Assembly: GCA_964372755.1 (NCBI GenBank)
Contig: CAYJQX010000001.1
Coordinates: 6,563-70,562 of the forward strand
DNA: 64,000 nucleotides
Source: an uncultured Candidatus Saccharibacteria bacterium
GTDB lineage: Bacteria; Patescibacteriota; Minisyncoccia; UBA9983
Direction of reading: 5' to 3'
Positions 63,990-64,000 of the stretch are shown here, in pieces (position 1 is the first letter of the stretch; the number at the start of each line of letters is the position of its first letter). A program made the translations under genes and the position numbers. The notes below the pieces were generated by a model. The model was not told where the DNA came from, did no database searches, and saw only the letters and a list, made by a program, of their open reading frames with translations.

Positions 63990-64000
63990 TTCAAATCCAT

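Noticed and set aside
1-64000. CRISPR arrays, rRNA genes, transposases/integrases, restriction-modification or other recognisable defence systems
   Set aside because: I found no short regularly spaced direct repeats, no 16S/23S/5S signatures, and no DDE/tyrosine-recombinase motifs. The two SAM-methyltransferases look like rRNA/small-molecule methyltransferases, not R-M.

Overview
Reading the sequence by eye, this is a compact, low-GC, gene-dense chromosomal segment with mostly short intergenic spacers and many small membrane or secreted proteins. From gene content (inference only) it looks like a Patescibacteria/CPR-like or similar reduced-genome bacterium.

Housekeeping genes recognised by motif: rplS, a RluA-type pseudouridine synthase, rsmA, ppa, nusA, tpiA, pgk, recJ, rnhA, ndk, infC-rpmI-rplT, smpB, ftsH, a Pif1-type helicase, and an MscS channel.

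RNA genes found by hand-folding: tRNA-Val(TAC), tRNA-Leu(GAG), tRNA-His(GTG), and a tRNA with anticodon UAU (Ile-like).

Most interesting region (about 14.6-34.0 kb): a Gram-positive/CPR-style type IV secretion-like locus. It has a VirD4/TraG-like ATPase, a VirB6-like polytopic membrane protein, a PrgI/VirB3-like protein, and a VirB4 ATPase split over two ORFs. At least nine secreted or membrane ORFs with no recognisable family are interleaved with these. The locus lies near pilB-pilC (type IV pilus) and comEC, which together suggest a DNA-uptake or cell-contact apparatus.

Other notable items:
- a trio of large paralogous secreted Gly/Ser/Thr-rich proteins sharing an N-terminal 'SWTAPT..PT..N..APINVS' motif, followed by an S26 signal peptidase;
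- a GC-rich lipoprotein gene that looks foreign;
- a family of roughly 100-nt imperfect-palindromic MITE-like repeats, four copies, two of them supplying gene stop codons;
- tRNA genes followed about 170-200 nt downstream by degenerate copies of their own 3' ends;
- two paralogous HTH + LAGLIDADG-like genes, each adjacent to a tRNA;
- a structured RNA region after smpB that probably contains ssrA (tmRNA) but could not be resolved by eye;
- a GIY-YIG gene plus a NYN-domain gene interrupted by an in-frame TGA;
- a recurring promoter layout of an extended -10 box (TGnTAnAAT) 6-9 nt before the start codon with no Shine-Dalgarno, implying leaderless mRNAs.

No rRNA, CRISPR array, transposase or integrase was seen.
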